Shown: positions 26,098-41,629 of the stretch, in pieces | Position numbering within the stretch: the stretch's first letter is position 1 | How the letters are laid out: the number at the start of each line of letters is the position of its first letter | Source: the human T2T-CHM13v2.0 reference genome, Homo sapiens | Direction: 5' to 3' (one strand) | Assembly (NCBI RefSeq): GCF_009914755.1 | Contig: NC_060932.1 | Length of the DNA: 64,000 nucleotides | The notes under the pieces: generated by a model | The model's database searches: none | Told to the model about the DNA's origin: nothing | What the model saw: the letters and a program-made list of their open reading frames with translations, nothing else | Position numbers and translations under genes: made by a program

Positions 26098-27529
26098 ACT
26101 TAGAACTTGTGATGGAAAATGGAATGGAAAAGTTTTTCTTCCATTTGAATTATGCAAATCCTGAGTATTTTTCTATACTCTATGTATGATAAAATAGTTT
26201 TCTAAGGAAGAAGCTCTATCAGATGACTAATTTCATTGATATAGCTCAAAACTTGCAGAAAAAATAATTGCACTTGGGATGAGACAAAAGTTTTCAGCCA
26301 ACATGTAAACATCTTAAATCTTTTGATAAATAATATTATTGTAATTTTATTCATAATACTTAATGACTTGGTTTATATCATAGTTATATCTTAGTATAGA
26401 AAGAAATTTAAATGATGGTATGATGTGCAAAAGTGCAAAAATTTGTATATATATTTATTTAAGTCTGTCCATGTTATTAATTAATTCCTATATTCAAGGC
26501 AGATGTTGACCTTTGCATTTGTGGCCAAATTTCCATTCAACCATTCTTCAGATTTCAACTCTCAGTGAATCTAAGTTATTCTTTGAAGATTCTTTCTGGG
26601 TCTACTAGTTTGATCATGATGCTATAAAGAAAATTCAGCTTAAAGGCAATAGTTGGAAAGCTATTGAACTTCCTAGAATTAATTTTCATGGTAATTTTTA
26701 TAGTGCATGACTGGAAAGCCATTCGGAAAGTAGTATCAGATCATTAGTATTCTCTCTTATGCACTAGTTTATTTCTATGGTTGGACAGAGGGCAAGAATG
26801 TTGACCTTTAGAAAATGTGGTCTGTAGTTCAGTGTTGGGCATACCATAGATTTCAATATATTCGTCAAATTCGAACTGGATAAGATGAAAAATTTTTATT
26901 CTTAAGGTGTTCTTTAAAAGTAAGTCAATTAAAAAAATTTAGCTCTCCCTTTAGATATAAATATTTGAAACTATTCTAATATGTTGAATACATTTTTTTT
27001 ATAAAATTAAATTGTGCTTATTAAAGAAACTTTGGACATTGCAGAAAAATAGAAAGGCAAAAAACAGTAGATAATAATGTCATACAAAGGCAAACACATA
27101 AGACTATATAAAAACTATTTCCTGCAATTTTCCTTTTAATGCATAGATTTAAAAATGCTTGAAAATGTGAACTTTATAATTTTGTATCCTTTTTCACTTA
27201 AATCAAGTACCTGTATTATCTCAATGATCGTCATCTTTATCTTCATGCCTTATCACCAAAAATAGCATTTATTGTTGCATACCAGTTGACTGACTAGATA
27301 AACCAGTTACTTTCACAACTGTAGTATTGTTGCATAAGCTGGATTGAGTATGTTCTTAATTAAAACGTAACAATGGCTTAACAATGTTGAAAAGAATATA
27401 AGAATGTAATAGTTTTTTTTTCTAATACATTTTCAATGTTTTTAATTTAAGGGAGTATATTTGGGAGTTCAGAAAGGTCAAGGGATGAACTACTTTTTAG
27501 ATTTTTAAAAGGAAAAGTCAATTAGAATC

Positions 27530-27548
27530 TTTTTTTTTTTTTTTTTTT
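27530..27548. repeat. poly(T) run, 19 nt
   Basis: Directly visible. Confidence 0.9.
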
Positions 27549-28644
27549 GCCAAAAATAATATCATATGCTATTTGGGATGCTGGAAATTTTTCTTCTATT
27601 ATTTGATAAAAATCAAAGATTTATTCAAAAAATTTTTCTCAATGTTAAATATTTATGAACAAATTATAAGTTTTAAAGTTTCCCTTAGAAATTTATGCAT
27701 CCACAGTGTTGATCTCCAGGACAAGGATTGAATACATTATTTAGACATCAGTTTCTTGATGTTTTCAGTAATATAGTCTGGCAATTTCTTCTGTTTCTTA
27801 GCCTGTTTATAATACTTGGATATTTTCCATCTTATTGAAATGCAAATTTATTGAAAGAATACTGGCACATCCACTGAGATTTACAGTGTATCAGTTTTGG
27901 AAAAATCCCATCTCATTATATGAAACTGTACTGAAATAAGAGCAAGGAATTTGCAAACTGTATAGCTTCAAGTAATTAGTGACTTGTTCAGGTCTGTCCC
28001 TTGGATTTTTCTGTTTTTGGAAGAAATCAGTGACTAAAGACTGTTGAATTTGGATATTCCACATTTAAAGAATGGCAATTTAAAACCTATTCTTCCTATA
28101 AAATTAACATTTTAGATCCATTGAAACTTGGAAATTCCTGCGTTTGCCATTTAATAAATTATTTTTCCATTTAAATTTTTTAAACAAAATTCTGACTAAG
28201 CACAAAGCAGTGTTGGACTTTTTAATGGCTTTAGTGAGGGTGTTCTTTAGGGATAAGTTTAATTTTTATTTTGATATATGAAGATATTGAACAATGTGCT
28301 ATGATTAAAATTGTGAAGCTATTATATGTCACTGTATCTTTTGAAAAAAATGAGAAGCAATTGCTTATTTTGTATAATATTTGGTAATTTTGATGCTATT
28401 ATGAAGTATGTATACTACATTTTGAGGCCTGTGGTATGTATATTCAATTGTATATGTGTGTTTATGTATGTGTGTATATATATATATGTTTATAATTACT
28501 TATTATTTTTAAATTGGTGTGATAGAAATTAGCTAGCATATAAACTTTAAAAGGGAACATTATTTCTTCATTTAAAATTATTTGACACAAGCTGTTCTTT
28601 TAAAATACTAGTGCAGCAATTAAGCTGTTATTTGAGACAGTGGA

Positions 28645-29020
28645 GGTATTAGTCCATTCTTGCACTGCTATCACTACCCGAGACTGGGTAATTTATAAAG
28701 AAAAGAGGTTTAACTGGATGACGGTTCTGTGGGCTGTTTAGTTCATGTGGCTGGGGAGGCCCCAGGATACTTAAAATCATGGTGGAAGGTGAAGGAGAAC
28801 TGGCATGTCTTCCTGGCCGGAGCATGAGAGAGGGGTGGGGGAGGTTTTATACATTTTAAACAACCAGATCTCACGATAACTCACTCACTATCATGAGAAC
28901 AGCACCAAAGGGGAAATTCTTCCCCGTTATCCAATCTCCTCCCACCAGGCTCCACCTCCAACTTTGGGGATTACAATTTGACATGAGATTTGTGCAGGAA
29001 CACAGACCCAAACCATATTA
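28645..29020 (-). mobile_element. MaLR solo LTR (MSTA/MSTB-like)
   Basis: gtattagtccattc...gactgggtaatttataaagaaaagagg...caaaccatatta; 5-bp flanks gtgga/gtaga fit a TSD with one mismatch. Confidence 0.88.
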
Positions 29021-31501
29021 GTAGATTTGACAGTCAGCTAATGATCTTGGTTTCTGTACATTGAAACAATAGCCACATGTGATCAATCACATGCTCACTT
29101 ATCTGATTCTGAGTTGAATTATGTGCTTTCCAAAAGAAATTTGTATGCACAGGCTCAATTGGTCAGGCCAGGCTTCATGGAGGGGATGGGTCCACTTTCA
29201 AGAGGAGTAAGAATCTGTGAGGCAGAGAGGAGAGTGGGGTAGCTTGATGAGAAACTCAGTCTGGGGAATATATAAGTATTCACAGGACAGCCAGGAGAGC
29301 AGCAGACAAGAAAAGCATGGTGGGAACATATTAGAACATAGTGGAAAATAGAACGAGTGTTTAGACAGAGTTGAGTTATTTTGGGAAGAATCTTTAAAGC
29401 GAAGTCTACATGTAGTTTTGGCTTGATTCAGTGGTGAGACACCCAATGGGTGGCTTTTGAGCTAAGAAGTGGCCTGTTTGAGGGAGGGCCAGCAGGGTGT
29501 GAAGAGGCCAGTGACCAGACTCAATCCAGGAAAGAAAGGAAGGAAAACTCCCTGTTATAGAGATGGCTGGCCCCGGGGTACACTTATGCGGTGGCAGGAG
29601 CATGACTTGGATGATTTTGGCACATGAACTTGTGTTCCCTGTGCTCTGTGGGAGGGCTACACTGTGTTCATTTTAGAGTAAGTCCAGTGTTTATGACTGT
29701 AGGCTACATTTGGCTACTCTGGTTTTCTTTATCCAGAGTAATGGTTAAAGGTATAATAACATGAGTGGCCATGTGGGATCTTTTAAGCTGCAGGTGCAAG
29801 GTTCACTTAGCTAATCATGGCCTGACTTGAACAGAGAGAAGACAGCCTGAAAAAAAGCTTGGGCTTGTATGTGACTCTGGTCTTGTTAGGTTACAAGTGG
29901 TTAGGGTTGGGGGAAGAGTTTTAAACGTGTAGAATTTGAGAATTTCTGAATTTTTTCCCCCAGTTTATTGTAATTTCTCAGTTGGTTATTTTTATAGATA
30001 TTAAGGAGGGATTGCACTGTAATTATGAAGTAATATTCTTATTTTCCTACTAATGCCCATGAATACTTATCTGACATGAATTATGAAGTTCTCTTACTTT
30101 GTGTAGGATGGGAACATGAATTAAACACATAAAGGTAATAAAAGTACAAAAAATCTTTTTAAAAATTGCTTGTAATTTTTTGGGAGGGAAGTATTGGCCA
30201 GTTTAAATCTCTATATTATCAGAAGTCATTTTTGATTATTCATGGATTATGGCACCTATATAAAATACAGACTAATGTCTAATGTCATTCTATTTTGACT
30301 CAAAAGTAATCTGGAAGCTTTAAAGACTCCACAACTGAACAGCATCATTTGATAATGGATTTGTGGTATTATTAGTCTGACCTCATATAATGTGTAGTGA
30401 TTTTGGAGCTAACGAAAAAGACTATGGAAACCAGATTTTGGGAGAATGAGTGCCAAGCACATCTGTTTCTACTCAAAAACTTAATAAAATAGATCATCTG
30501 AGAAAAAAAAGAACAAAACAAGCAAAGTGCCACAAAGTCATTTTCTAAACCACCTTTAACTTTCTTGTGGCTTACCTCCTCAACACTGGCCTTTGCTGCT
30601 GAATGACTTTCAGGAGAGACACATGAAAAGGGTCACTTTAATTGGTACAGGTGCTGACTCAGGCCTCTGTCGTAGGTTTTTCCATCTTGGGATCTTTGCT
30701 TTGCAGGGACTGTCATGCCAGTAAAGGTCGTTTGCAAGTTATGTCACTATTCTCTACCCGCTGTTAGGCAGACAGCTACTGTATAGGGTTTGCTGTTGAC
30801 ATTTTCAAACCCAGCATGACAGTTTACCTAAAATTATAGTGAGGTATCAAAAAAGACAATTAAATGTCAATTTATCTTCAAAAATTTTTTTATAAGTTTC
30901 TATTTATGTGACTTAAATGGAATGAAGTGGCTTTAAAGAGTGTATGTCTTGACAATCTACGATGATAATGCTTTGGCATTTGTATGTTTCCATTTATTGC
31001 AATTTTAGGTAATTGCACTCTTTGTGTGTTCCATTGGTCAATCCTTAGTGTGCAGTTCATTAAATAATAGAAGATTTTTCCATGGGGCATAGACTGTCTC
31101 TGAAACCTAGAATGCTGTTTCAAAGAAATATTAGAAAGATAAAATAAATAAGACATCTTGAATGTTTGAGAAGAAAACACCTTGCATGTTATTCTTTTAT
31201 TGCTTTAGAAACTTTGACAATATTTTTGTGCATAGAGCATGTAAGTGTTAATTAGTTTGTAGTGTTTAGTTTCATGTAATGTATTAACACTCTGAGCTAG
31301 AAATGTCCATTATTGAGCACTGACAGCATCCAATATGAAAGCATTCTTAAAGTTTTTAAATGTTTATGTTTTTCAATATACATATGTAAAGCAAAGAGAT
31401 GTTGAACAATTCAGTGGTTTTGGAACTTTTGTGTATTGAATGATAGTGTGGATATAATAATATTGTGTATTACATTTTGTTCATTTGCCTTTACCCATTA
31501 A

Positions 31502-31705
<204 letters not shown>

Positions 31706-31771
31706 TAGCATAGGAGCAGATAATGGGAAAACATGAGAAAATGGAAAGGTATATGATGGTCACTTGATTTA

Positions 31772-31835
31772 TTAGGTTGGTGCAAAAGTTATTGCAGTTT
31801 TGACATTGAAAGCAATTACTTCTCCACCAACCTAA
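31772..31835. mobile_element. MADE1 (Hsmar1-derived MITE), internally shortened
   Basis: ta|ttaggttggtgcaaaag...caccaacctaa|ta; 24-bp inverted arms, TA TSD. Confidence 0.92.
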
Positions 31836-33049
31836 TACTATGTGACGTGAGCCTCATACTAAAAGACTTATTTGATACTTACAAAATTGTTATGTAATAC
31901 TTATATAGTTAGCAAAATAATTATGTTATGGCTGGTAGTGTCTTTTAAATAATTTTTTTAAATAGAAAATTTGTTCAATTTTCTTTGCATTTTATTCTTG
32001 CTATTTCTAAAGCAGCATTGCCAAATTTTTCTTTAAGTGACAAGCTTCAATAACATAATGCAGTGTTGTAAAGCCTCCAATTGTTCTCAGTATACTTAAC
32101 AGAACACTAAAATTTCTTAGACCCAATATGTTAGCTTCCTAATTATAGATTAAAGCACTTTGGATTTATACAAACTTTTAGAAATTGTTAGGTCTTTGAA
32201 TATAGTATAATGTAACCCAATTAGTTGCTTGTTCATATGAGGAGGCCTAGCTCCAATTTGTTTTATGCTTTTAGAAAAATTTGCAAAAGGAATTTGGCCT
32301 GGCTATATTCACTTGTGTGAAGTTTATCTGCAAAAAGGCATATTTCTATAATTCAGCTCAGAAATAGAAATGCTTGTATTTCTACTAATTAACAATTGAT
32401 TTCTTAATTAAGAAGCATGACATTGTTGATTACTTCTGGAGACCCAAGAATAAAACACCTCATTGGTAATGAAATTTCAGAACACAAAGAACTCTTTCTT
32501 CCATCTTCAGATGTTTTCCCCTGAAGAATATGCAACGTTGCTACCTTGATTGAAATATTCATGGTACATACTTGTAGAATTTCCAAAACATTTTCAAATA
32601 CTCCTTTGGTTGATCTTGGATGAAGAACCAGATAGAAAATTTTAAAACAAAGTTTATGAATATATGACTGACTAAGTTTTGTTGAATGTAGCAGTCAATT
32701 CGAATAGCAAACAAATAGTTAAAAGGTGAATCAAACTTTCAATCAAGTTGAACCTTTTTTTTAAGCACCCAAGAGAAAAAAAAAAAACAAAATAAAAACC
32801 CCCAAAGAAGAGAAGAAGCACATTCTCTAAAACTGCTTATGATCTTTATCTTTATATTTATCTTTATTAGACTGCAGTCTTAAGGGATTATTTATGAATA
32901 AAGACAAATGATAATGGCTCCAGCATTGTCAAAAATAAAAGTCTGGTAGGAAATTTTGCAGCTAGACGACTAAAAATAATACAATGTTGCTCCTTCAACA
33001 GTTCGTCATCAGTCCTGATTAAGTGCCAGTGTTCGTAGGATTTTAGCTT

Positions 33050-34378
<1,329 letters not shown>

Positions 34379-35406
34379 TAGGGTTGGGAGTTTGGGTGCA
34401 TGACTTTCTTTTACATTCTCATTGTCTCACCTGTTAACTTTCCTTCAATTAGTTTTCCTTTAAAAATATTCCCTTAGGCACTTTTGAAAACTTCTTTACA
34501 GTTGCCATTTCCTGGGCGGTAGCAGGATGAAGGAATGGACAGAGAGCCAGGATCATGACCAGGAAACTTAAGGCATCCGTCCATTCATTCATGACTCCTG
34601 AGATTTCTGATATGTCATGATCCCGGGGGAAAGGGAGGTTGGGGCCAGGCAGGGAGTGGCAGGCAGGTAGGTTTGCCTGCAGGGGACAGGATGACTGGTT
34701 GGGCACAGACATGTATACACATGGGCCTGAAAGTCAGAATCAGAAAGAAAGGAAAGATAAGAGACAGTCTGAACTACCAGTTAATTTAGAATTTAGGCAG
34801 CTGGGCTCAGGATAAAGGGTGTAGGTAAAGAGTCTGAAAATGTGGGTCATGTGAAGAGACAGGCAGCAAGCAATAGGCAGAGAGGTCACTTTGGTTTTTG
34901 GAGTAGAACAGAGTGACTGAGTGTTGTTTGGTTCCTTTGGACAACATTAAGTGGGATTCCCTGGCTGGTTTAATTAGTGCAGGGCCAGAAGGAAGGTTAG
35001 CTGCCTTCAGGTAGCTCTTTTTAGGCCAGACTCTGCTGGCTTCTTCCTATACATTATTTCTAATGCTGGAATACATACTTAGGTAGGAGTTAAATACCAT
35101 TATACTTTTTTAAAGATACAGAAACTCTGGATCAGGGAGCTTAACAATTTCATATGGTTAGTGAATACCAATGCCCAAGTTTATAAAGTAGACTGGAGTC
35201 ATAGTTTACAGTCTAGACTGCAATCAAACTTATCTATTCACTTCCTAGTAGTACCACCAATTTGTTGTGTGATTTGGGATAGCTAAGTTTCCATTTGCTT
35301 TGAAAACATGGAGATGATGGTAGAGTTTACCTACAGTGCTCACTGGGATGCCTTTTTAACCAGCGATGGGAACACACAACATAATCATAGGCTACCTCTG
35401 CCTCCC

Positions 35407-35825
35407 TCATATGGTTTGGCTGTGTCCCCACCCAAATCTCTTCTTGAGTTATAATCCAAATTGTAATCCCCACGTGTCAGGGGAGGCAACTAGTGGGAAG
35501 TGATGGGATCATGGGGATGGCTTCCACCTTGCTGGTCTCATGATGGTGAGTGAATTCTCATGACATCTGATGGTTTTATAAGGGGCTCTTCCTCCTTCAC
35601 TCGCCTTCTCTCACCTGCTGCCGTGTAAGATGTGCCTGCATCCCCTTCTGCCATGATTGTAAGTTTCCTGGAGCTTTCCCAGCCATGCAGAACTGTGCAT
35701 CAATTAAACTTCTTTTCTTTATAAATTACCCAGTCGTGGGTACTTATTTATAGTAGTGTGGGAATGGACTAATACACCCAGTCTCAGGGAAGTTCTTTAC
35801 AGCAGTATGAAAAAGGGCGAATACG
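35407..35825 (+). mobile_element. MaLR solo LTR (THE1/MSTA-like) with duplicated 3' terminus
   Basis: atatggtttggctgtgtccccacccaaatctc...ggactaataca followed by a second LTR end; ctccc on both flanks (35402-35406, 35826-35830). Confidence 0.9.
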
Positions 35826-36811
35826 CTCCCCAACCCCCAACTCAGAAATCTATAGGCCAGGAAACCCTCTGCCTGCAGAGCAGCATCTGGCTTTCTTCTT
35901 CACTAAGAGTGATCCTCCCACCAGGCTACACATCTGCCAGTGAGCTATACTGTTGCTTGTAGGTACCTCTTAGCTGGTAGTAGCTCTTGTGCAAGGGAAA
36001 GAGAAGATGTGAGTTTATCTTGGCAAAGAAGCCCTGTGCAGCAAAACGCCAGTATCTCTTGTACCCACCCCATGGGCATAACTTTCAGGGTCCTCACTGG
36101 GATATGCCCATTTGCAAAAGAGTGACTTCAAGTTATGGCTTCCCAGTAGGTTTTAATAGGTATGCAAATTAGCCACCAGGGGTCATTTTTACCATTGCAA
36201 TGCTGCCTAGTTTAGCAGTTGACACCCTGCCTTCTTCAGGTGTCTAGGGGAGCATAGCTATTATAGAAAGTTAGCCCAGGGTCAAGTTTGTTCTTATTGA
36301 AGAAGAATAGGTTTTGCTAACCCTTCACTTACACTGTGTCATATGGGAATAGTGCAAGTTCATTGTGATGCTATATGAAGCTTCTCCCAGAGCACCTGAT
36401 AGGTAGGAGAGACTCAGTAAATGTTAGATTACTGCGGCCTTTTCCATAACAGCACACTACTGCCGCTTACAGCGCAAGTTTGAGATCATTTCTGAGTGGA
36501 TCCTTGTCCTTTAGCAGAGTGTTGATGGAATTTCCTCATTCCCTGAGTAGGCCCAATGATAAAGCCACTCATTGGGTTCCTTTATTCTCGACCTCTCACT
36601 CTTAAAAATATTTCCAATTTATAGCAATGTTTAAATTGGCTCTTTCCCTCATTGTAATTTGACATTTTCAGGAATCTAGTGCCATCAGACTAGAGAATTA
36701 TGTCTTAGTTACATAACAACTATCTCAACCCACTTGTCAACCACTGAGTTAGTAAATCTCACTATGTGCCAGGCCCCGTGCTGAGTTCCTGACATCTGTC
36801 ATCTCATTTAA

Positions 36812-37135
<324 letters not shown>

Positions 37136-37973
37136 CGACATTCTTAATATTATCTCTGTGTTAATGATGAAGAAGCTGGAGTTTAAAGAGCTAAATTCAT
37201 GAACTCATGGTCATGCACGTAGTGGAAACAGAAACAGGATTTGAGTCCCCGTTGTCTTATGGCAAAGTACATGATATTAACTGCTACACTTTGTTTCACC
37301 TTTTCTTATATTTTTCTTCTGAATTTGTTATGCAGCAATAGAAAACGAATGGTTTTGAATGGTTCTCATTTAATAAAAGAATAAAAAAAAATTAACAACT
37401 TTTTCTGCCTTAAAGTATTTTTGTAGTCTAGACAACCCATTTTTAGAATTTTAACCTCAATTATTTGACATTAGCCATTTTTCTTGCTTTTGTTTTTGAA
37501 ATTAATGAAGAAATAATTTCCTGATGCAGTCCATAGCTTTGTTTCTCTAGCCAAAAAAAGAAAACTAGTCTACAACAAATTCAATAGTTTATATAAAAGT
37601 TCAAATGTTAGACTTTTAAAACATGAGCAATATAATATTTTTTATTTGTAAAATGTCTCTGTATTTAGTGTTCTCTTAATGATACCACGTGACCTTTTTT
37701 TTTTAAATCGCTACATAGCTGAGGCTCTCCTAAGTGATACAAAACATCATCCTTATTATCTATGATGCCTGGGGCTGCCCTGCAGTGGTGACAGATGTAA
37801 CCTATAATCCACTGTGGCCTTCACAGCCACAGCAGTGTGTGGTAGACAGTTCTGATGGATGGTTCTGTGCTGGAGTATTCCTTATGGATGACAGATGAGA
37901 TACAATAATGAATTTACCAAGTAATTTAACATTTTCAAAACAATGTAGTAGAACTTTTCTATGTCTTTTGGTG

Positions 37974-38579
37974 TACAGTAGTTTTCTATTGCTGTATAAC
38001 AAATGAACATATACTTAGCAGCTTAAAACAACACCAGTCAGAAGTCCAGGAGAGCTCAAGTGGGTTCTCTGCTTAGGGTTTCACGACCCCAAAATCAAGG
38101 TGCTGGCCAGACGGGGCTCTTAGATTGAGGCTCTGGGGAAAAGTTCAGTGCCAAGCTTATTCAGGTGGTTGTCAGGAATCAGCTCCTCATTGAGGCTGCA
38201 AGAATGAAGTCCTTGTTTCCTTGCTGTCAGCCAAGGGTTGCTCTCAGCTTCTGCAGGCTGCATGTCTTGGTACCAGGTCCTCTCCATCTTCAGAGCTGGC
38301 AGTGGCACATTGAATCCTTCTAATGCTTTTAATTTCTCTGACTTCCTGTCATGCCACTAGCCTGAGAAAACTCTGCTTCAAAGGGTTCCACTCCCTGAAT
38401 CAGGCCCACTGGGATAATTTACATATTTTAAAGTCTACTGACTTGGAGTTTTAATTACATATGCAAAACTCCCTTCAGAGCAATACCTAGATTAGAATTT
38501 AATTGAAAAACCAAGGGGAGGGAATCTTGGTGTGGTGGGAGGGCAGTGAGAAGATTTCTGTAGAATCCTACCTACCACA
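37974..38579 (-). mobile_element. MLT1 (D/E/F-like) solo LTR
   Basis: tagttttctattgctgtataacaaat...cttagcagcttaaaacaacac...aaaatcaaggtgctggccag...cctaccaca. Confidence 0.85.
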
Positions 38580-39080
38580 TGGTACATGTGGTTTTGTTTT
38601 GTTCTTCCTTCCTGGATCTTTAAACTCACTGGTTCTCTGTGCCTGGGAACCACATTAAAGACAGTTTAGCTCTTTATATTAAGTTATTACTACTCTATTC
38701 AGTTCTGACTTTAGCTATCTTTAGGATCTGTTGCAATCCTTTAGTCCCACATTTGCCTTTATGTTAATGGTAACCTTTTAATTAAAGCTACTCTAAAATT
38801 TTCACTTTGTGTTTATTAGAGGCCTCAACAAGTTGAATAGTTTAAAACTAAGTATAGTTTAGTAATGTCAGAATGTACAGACATGGGTTTTCTAGAATAG
38901 AGTTCAACTTAAATGGCTGTAGGCCTTACATATGTGAAAAAATAATCTGTTGAAATGTGTTGCAAATATTCCTTTATATTTTGAGATTCCTTTCATCATT
39001 GCTTCATGACTGGATGGTATAGAAAGACTTGCTGGGGAAAAAATTAACCGTTTAGCTTTTTCACTGACTTTCTCTTGCAG

Positions 39081-39181
39081 CGAATTTGTGTCATGGCTGT
39101 TGGAAATTGGAGAGATTCACAGGCCTGAGGAAGGCGTGCACTTGGGACAAGCATTATTAGAAAATGGAATCATTCACCATG
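39081..39181 (+). CDS. PREX2: PREX2 coding exon (probable exon 11), DEP1: [33 protein letters not shown](V)
   Basis: tcttgcag|CGA, ATG|gtaatt; 101 nt, phase 2-1; DEP core motif. Confidence 0.97.
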
Positions 39182-39419
39182 GTAATTACTTTATTATTAA
39201 TTACTTATTTAATGCATTTATTGGCCATATGTATCTTAATCCCATTTATCAGTTTAGTTTACAATTCCCCACATTATAGGATGCTTGTTGTTTTTAACAA
39301 TATTTTCAGTACCTAATACGTGTAGAACAGTGTCTCAGGGAGTGTGGGTTTATAGGGCTATATTTGTTAACCTTAAAATGAAGAGCTTCAATACAGGCAA
39401 GTGTTAGAAAATAGAGAAG

Positions 39420-40300
39420 TGGGATTGTGGAGGAAGGGATGGTTAGTTCTATAGTAATTAGAGTATTTGGGAGTGCTTCATGGAGGACGGGACATGACAA
39501 GTGATGCTGGGCATTGCAGAATGAATAGAACTCTGCCAGGGACCGCAGGGCAGAAGGGCATTCCACCCGGAGGAAATAACAGCACTCCGGCACGGTGGCG
39601 GGTGAGTTTGTGGTGGCTTCTTTGGGCACCGGCACAGAGCCTCACGTGGGTCCATGGATGAACATACTGGCGAGGGGAGGTGTGGCAAAAAGGCAGGCAG
39701 AGCCTGGATTCCAGAACATATGAAGTCTCCTGCTGTGGCATGTGGGCTTATTCCGAAGGGGGCCAGGAGCTGATGAATGCTTTTAAGCAGAGCCATGATC
39801 AGAACTCAGGTCCACAGCTGTGAGGTGCAGCAGCATGGAGCCTGAAGTGGAGAGGTTCAAGACTGCCAGCACTAGGCCCCTCAGGGGGCCCTGCTGCACC
39901 CAGGAGTGGCGGGACAAGGTCTTCAGCAGGTCTGCCTCCATGGGCATGAAAAAACCCATGGGGAGATGCCGGCAAAGCTACAATACCATATTTTATAACT
40001 CTCTGGATGTGGGTGATGAAGAATGAAGAGAGAGATTAAAGTATTCTGAGCCTTCTTCTCTGAATGACTGAGATAGCTAATTCAGGAGGAGGATCAGGGT
40101 TGAAAGAGAAGATGCAGGCTTTGCTGTGGACCGTGTAGGCCAGCCAGTGGGGAGTGGCCAGCAAGCGGTTGAGAATTTGGGGTGAAGCTCAGGATAGAAA
40201 TAAGGTGAGAAACACATTTGGAATCATTTCAAGGGAGTACTAGACTCCTGGGAACACTGACAATGAACAAACAGACAAAAACCAAGAAAGCAGTGTTAAT
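39420..40300 (-). mobile_element. L2 fragment (antisense)
   Basis: Purine-rich antisense L2 text (agggcattcc...ggaaataacagca; ttttaagcagag...atgatcaga; ggatgtgggtgatgaag); approximate. Confidence 0.6.
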
Positions 40301-40439
40301 GGGACTCAGGACAAAGGTTTAAAGAATTTCTATGGTAAATTGTGGGGGAGGAGAAAAAGCCAGGGAATTATTAATAAATATGGATGTTAGGCTATGGTAT
40401 TTTGATGTTCATTTCCTTTCTTAGATACTGTGCAAACAA

Positions 40440-41375
40440 ACCAGATATTTCCCATCTTTTCTTATCACACTGGGTGTTGCCTACGTGATGGTACCACCAT
40501 CCACCCAGCTAGGAATCATCTTTAATTCCTTTCTCTCCCTCATGCCGTCAAGCCCTGTGAGCTCTACCACCAAATTAAGTCCCTAAACAATGAATTCTGT
40601 CCCTTTCAGCATCCTTACCTTTTTTCTAGTCGCCGTCATCTCCTCCTTTGCTTCCACTTTTGTTCTCCACTCCTGTAGTACACTCTCCGGGTCACAGCTA
40701 AAGAGACCTTTTAAAACGGGGATATGATCAAAGCATCCTTCTGTTTATAACCATCTAATTGCTTACAATCAAACTTAAAGAAAAGTTCAGACCTATTACA
40801 TGCCCTAAACTTCTTACCATGACCTACAACATCCGATGAGATAAGGCCCCTGACTTCCTCTCAGAGCCTGACACCTCGCATTGTACCTAACTTGTTGCAC
40901 TGTGGCCACCCTGACCATCTGTCTCTTTCTTCAACGCTCCAAGATGACTTCCTATTTAGGACCTTAGCTTTTGCTCTTCTCATTCAACAGTTATTTATTA
41001 ATCCCTAATACATGCCAGGAGCCTTTCTAAGTGGTAGAGACAGAGCTGTGAATGAAAAGACAAAAATCTTTGTATTCATTACTCATGTCTTCCATGACCC
41101 TTTGACTTTTAGAAGCCCATCCTGTCCTGTGATTCCAATGTCCTATTTTTTTTTTTTACTTTGAAATCTTTCTTCATGTATTTATCACTCTGAAATTATT
41201 ATGTTGTTTTACTTGTGTCTTTGTTTATTACCTCTTTATCTCCCTAGCCCTTCCCTGGCCTCCAATAAAAATATAAGCACCATCCAAACAAGAGCCTCAC
41301 TTGTTATTATATAGCAAATGCCTGGCATTCCCATCCCATACAGGTGCTCAATAAATATTTGCTGAATGAATGAAT
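40440..41375 (+). mobile_element. L2 3' fragment(s)
   Basis: Ends caggtgctcaataaatatttgctgaatgaatgaa (L2 tail); approximate. Confidence 0.7.
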
Positions 41376-41629
41376 AATTATATTTTGAGTGAACAGATGA
41401 TACTTATAAATTGTATATGATTTTGCGCTTGTTTCATTAGCATCATTAAAACATCTAAAAGCATTATACGGCTGCTTTTAGCATCTGGTAGGCTAAAAGC
41501 ATCATTTAAAAACTTAAAAGTAAAAATAACATTATGACTATTATATACTAACATCATAAAATGCTAACAAGCATATATAATAATTACCCTGTCTTTAATA
41601 GGATCGCATAGATCTTATATTGACCAGGG

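Noticed and set aside
39306-40026. Cluster of overlapping ORFs on both strands as an antisense gene
   Set aside because: Explained by locally higher GC (fewer stop codons) within L2-derived sequence; no recognisable protein or splice structure.
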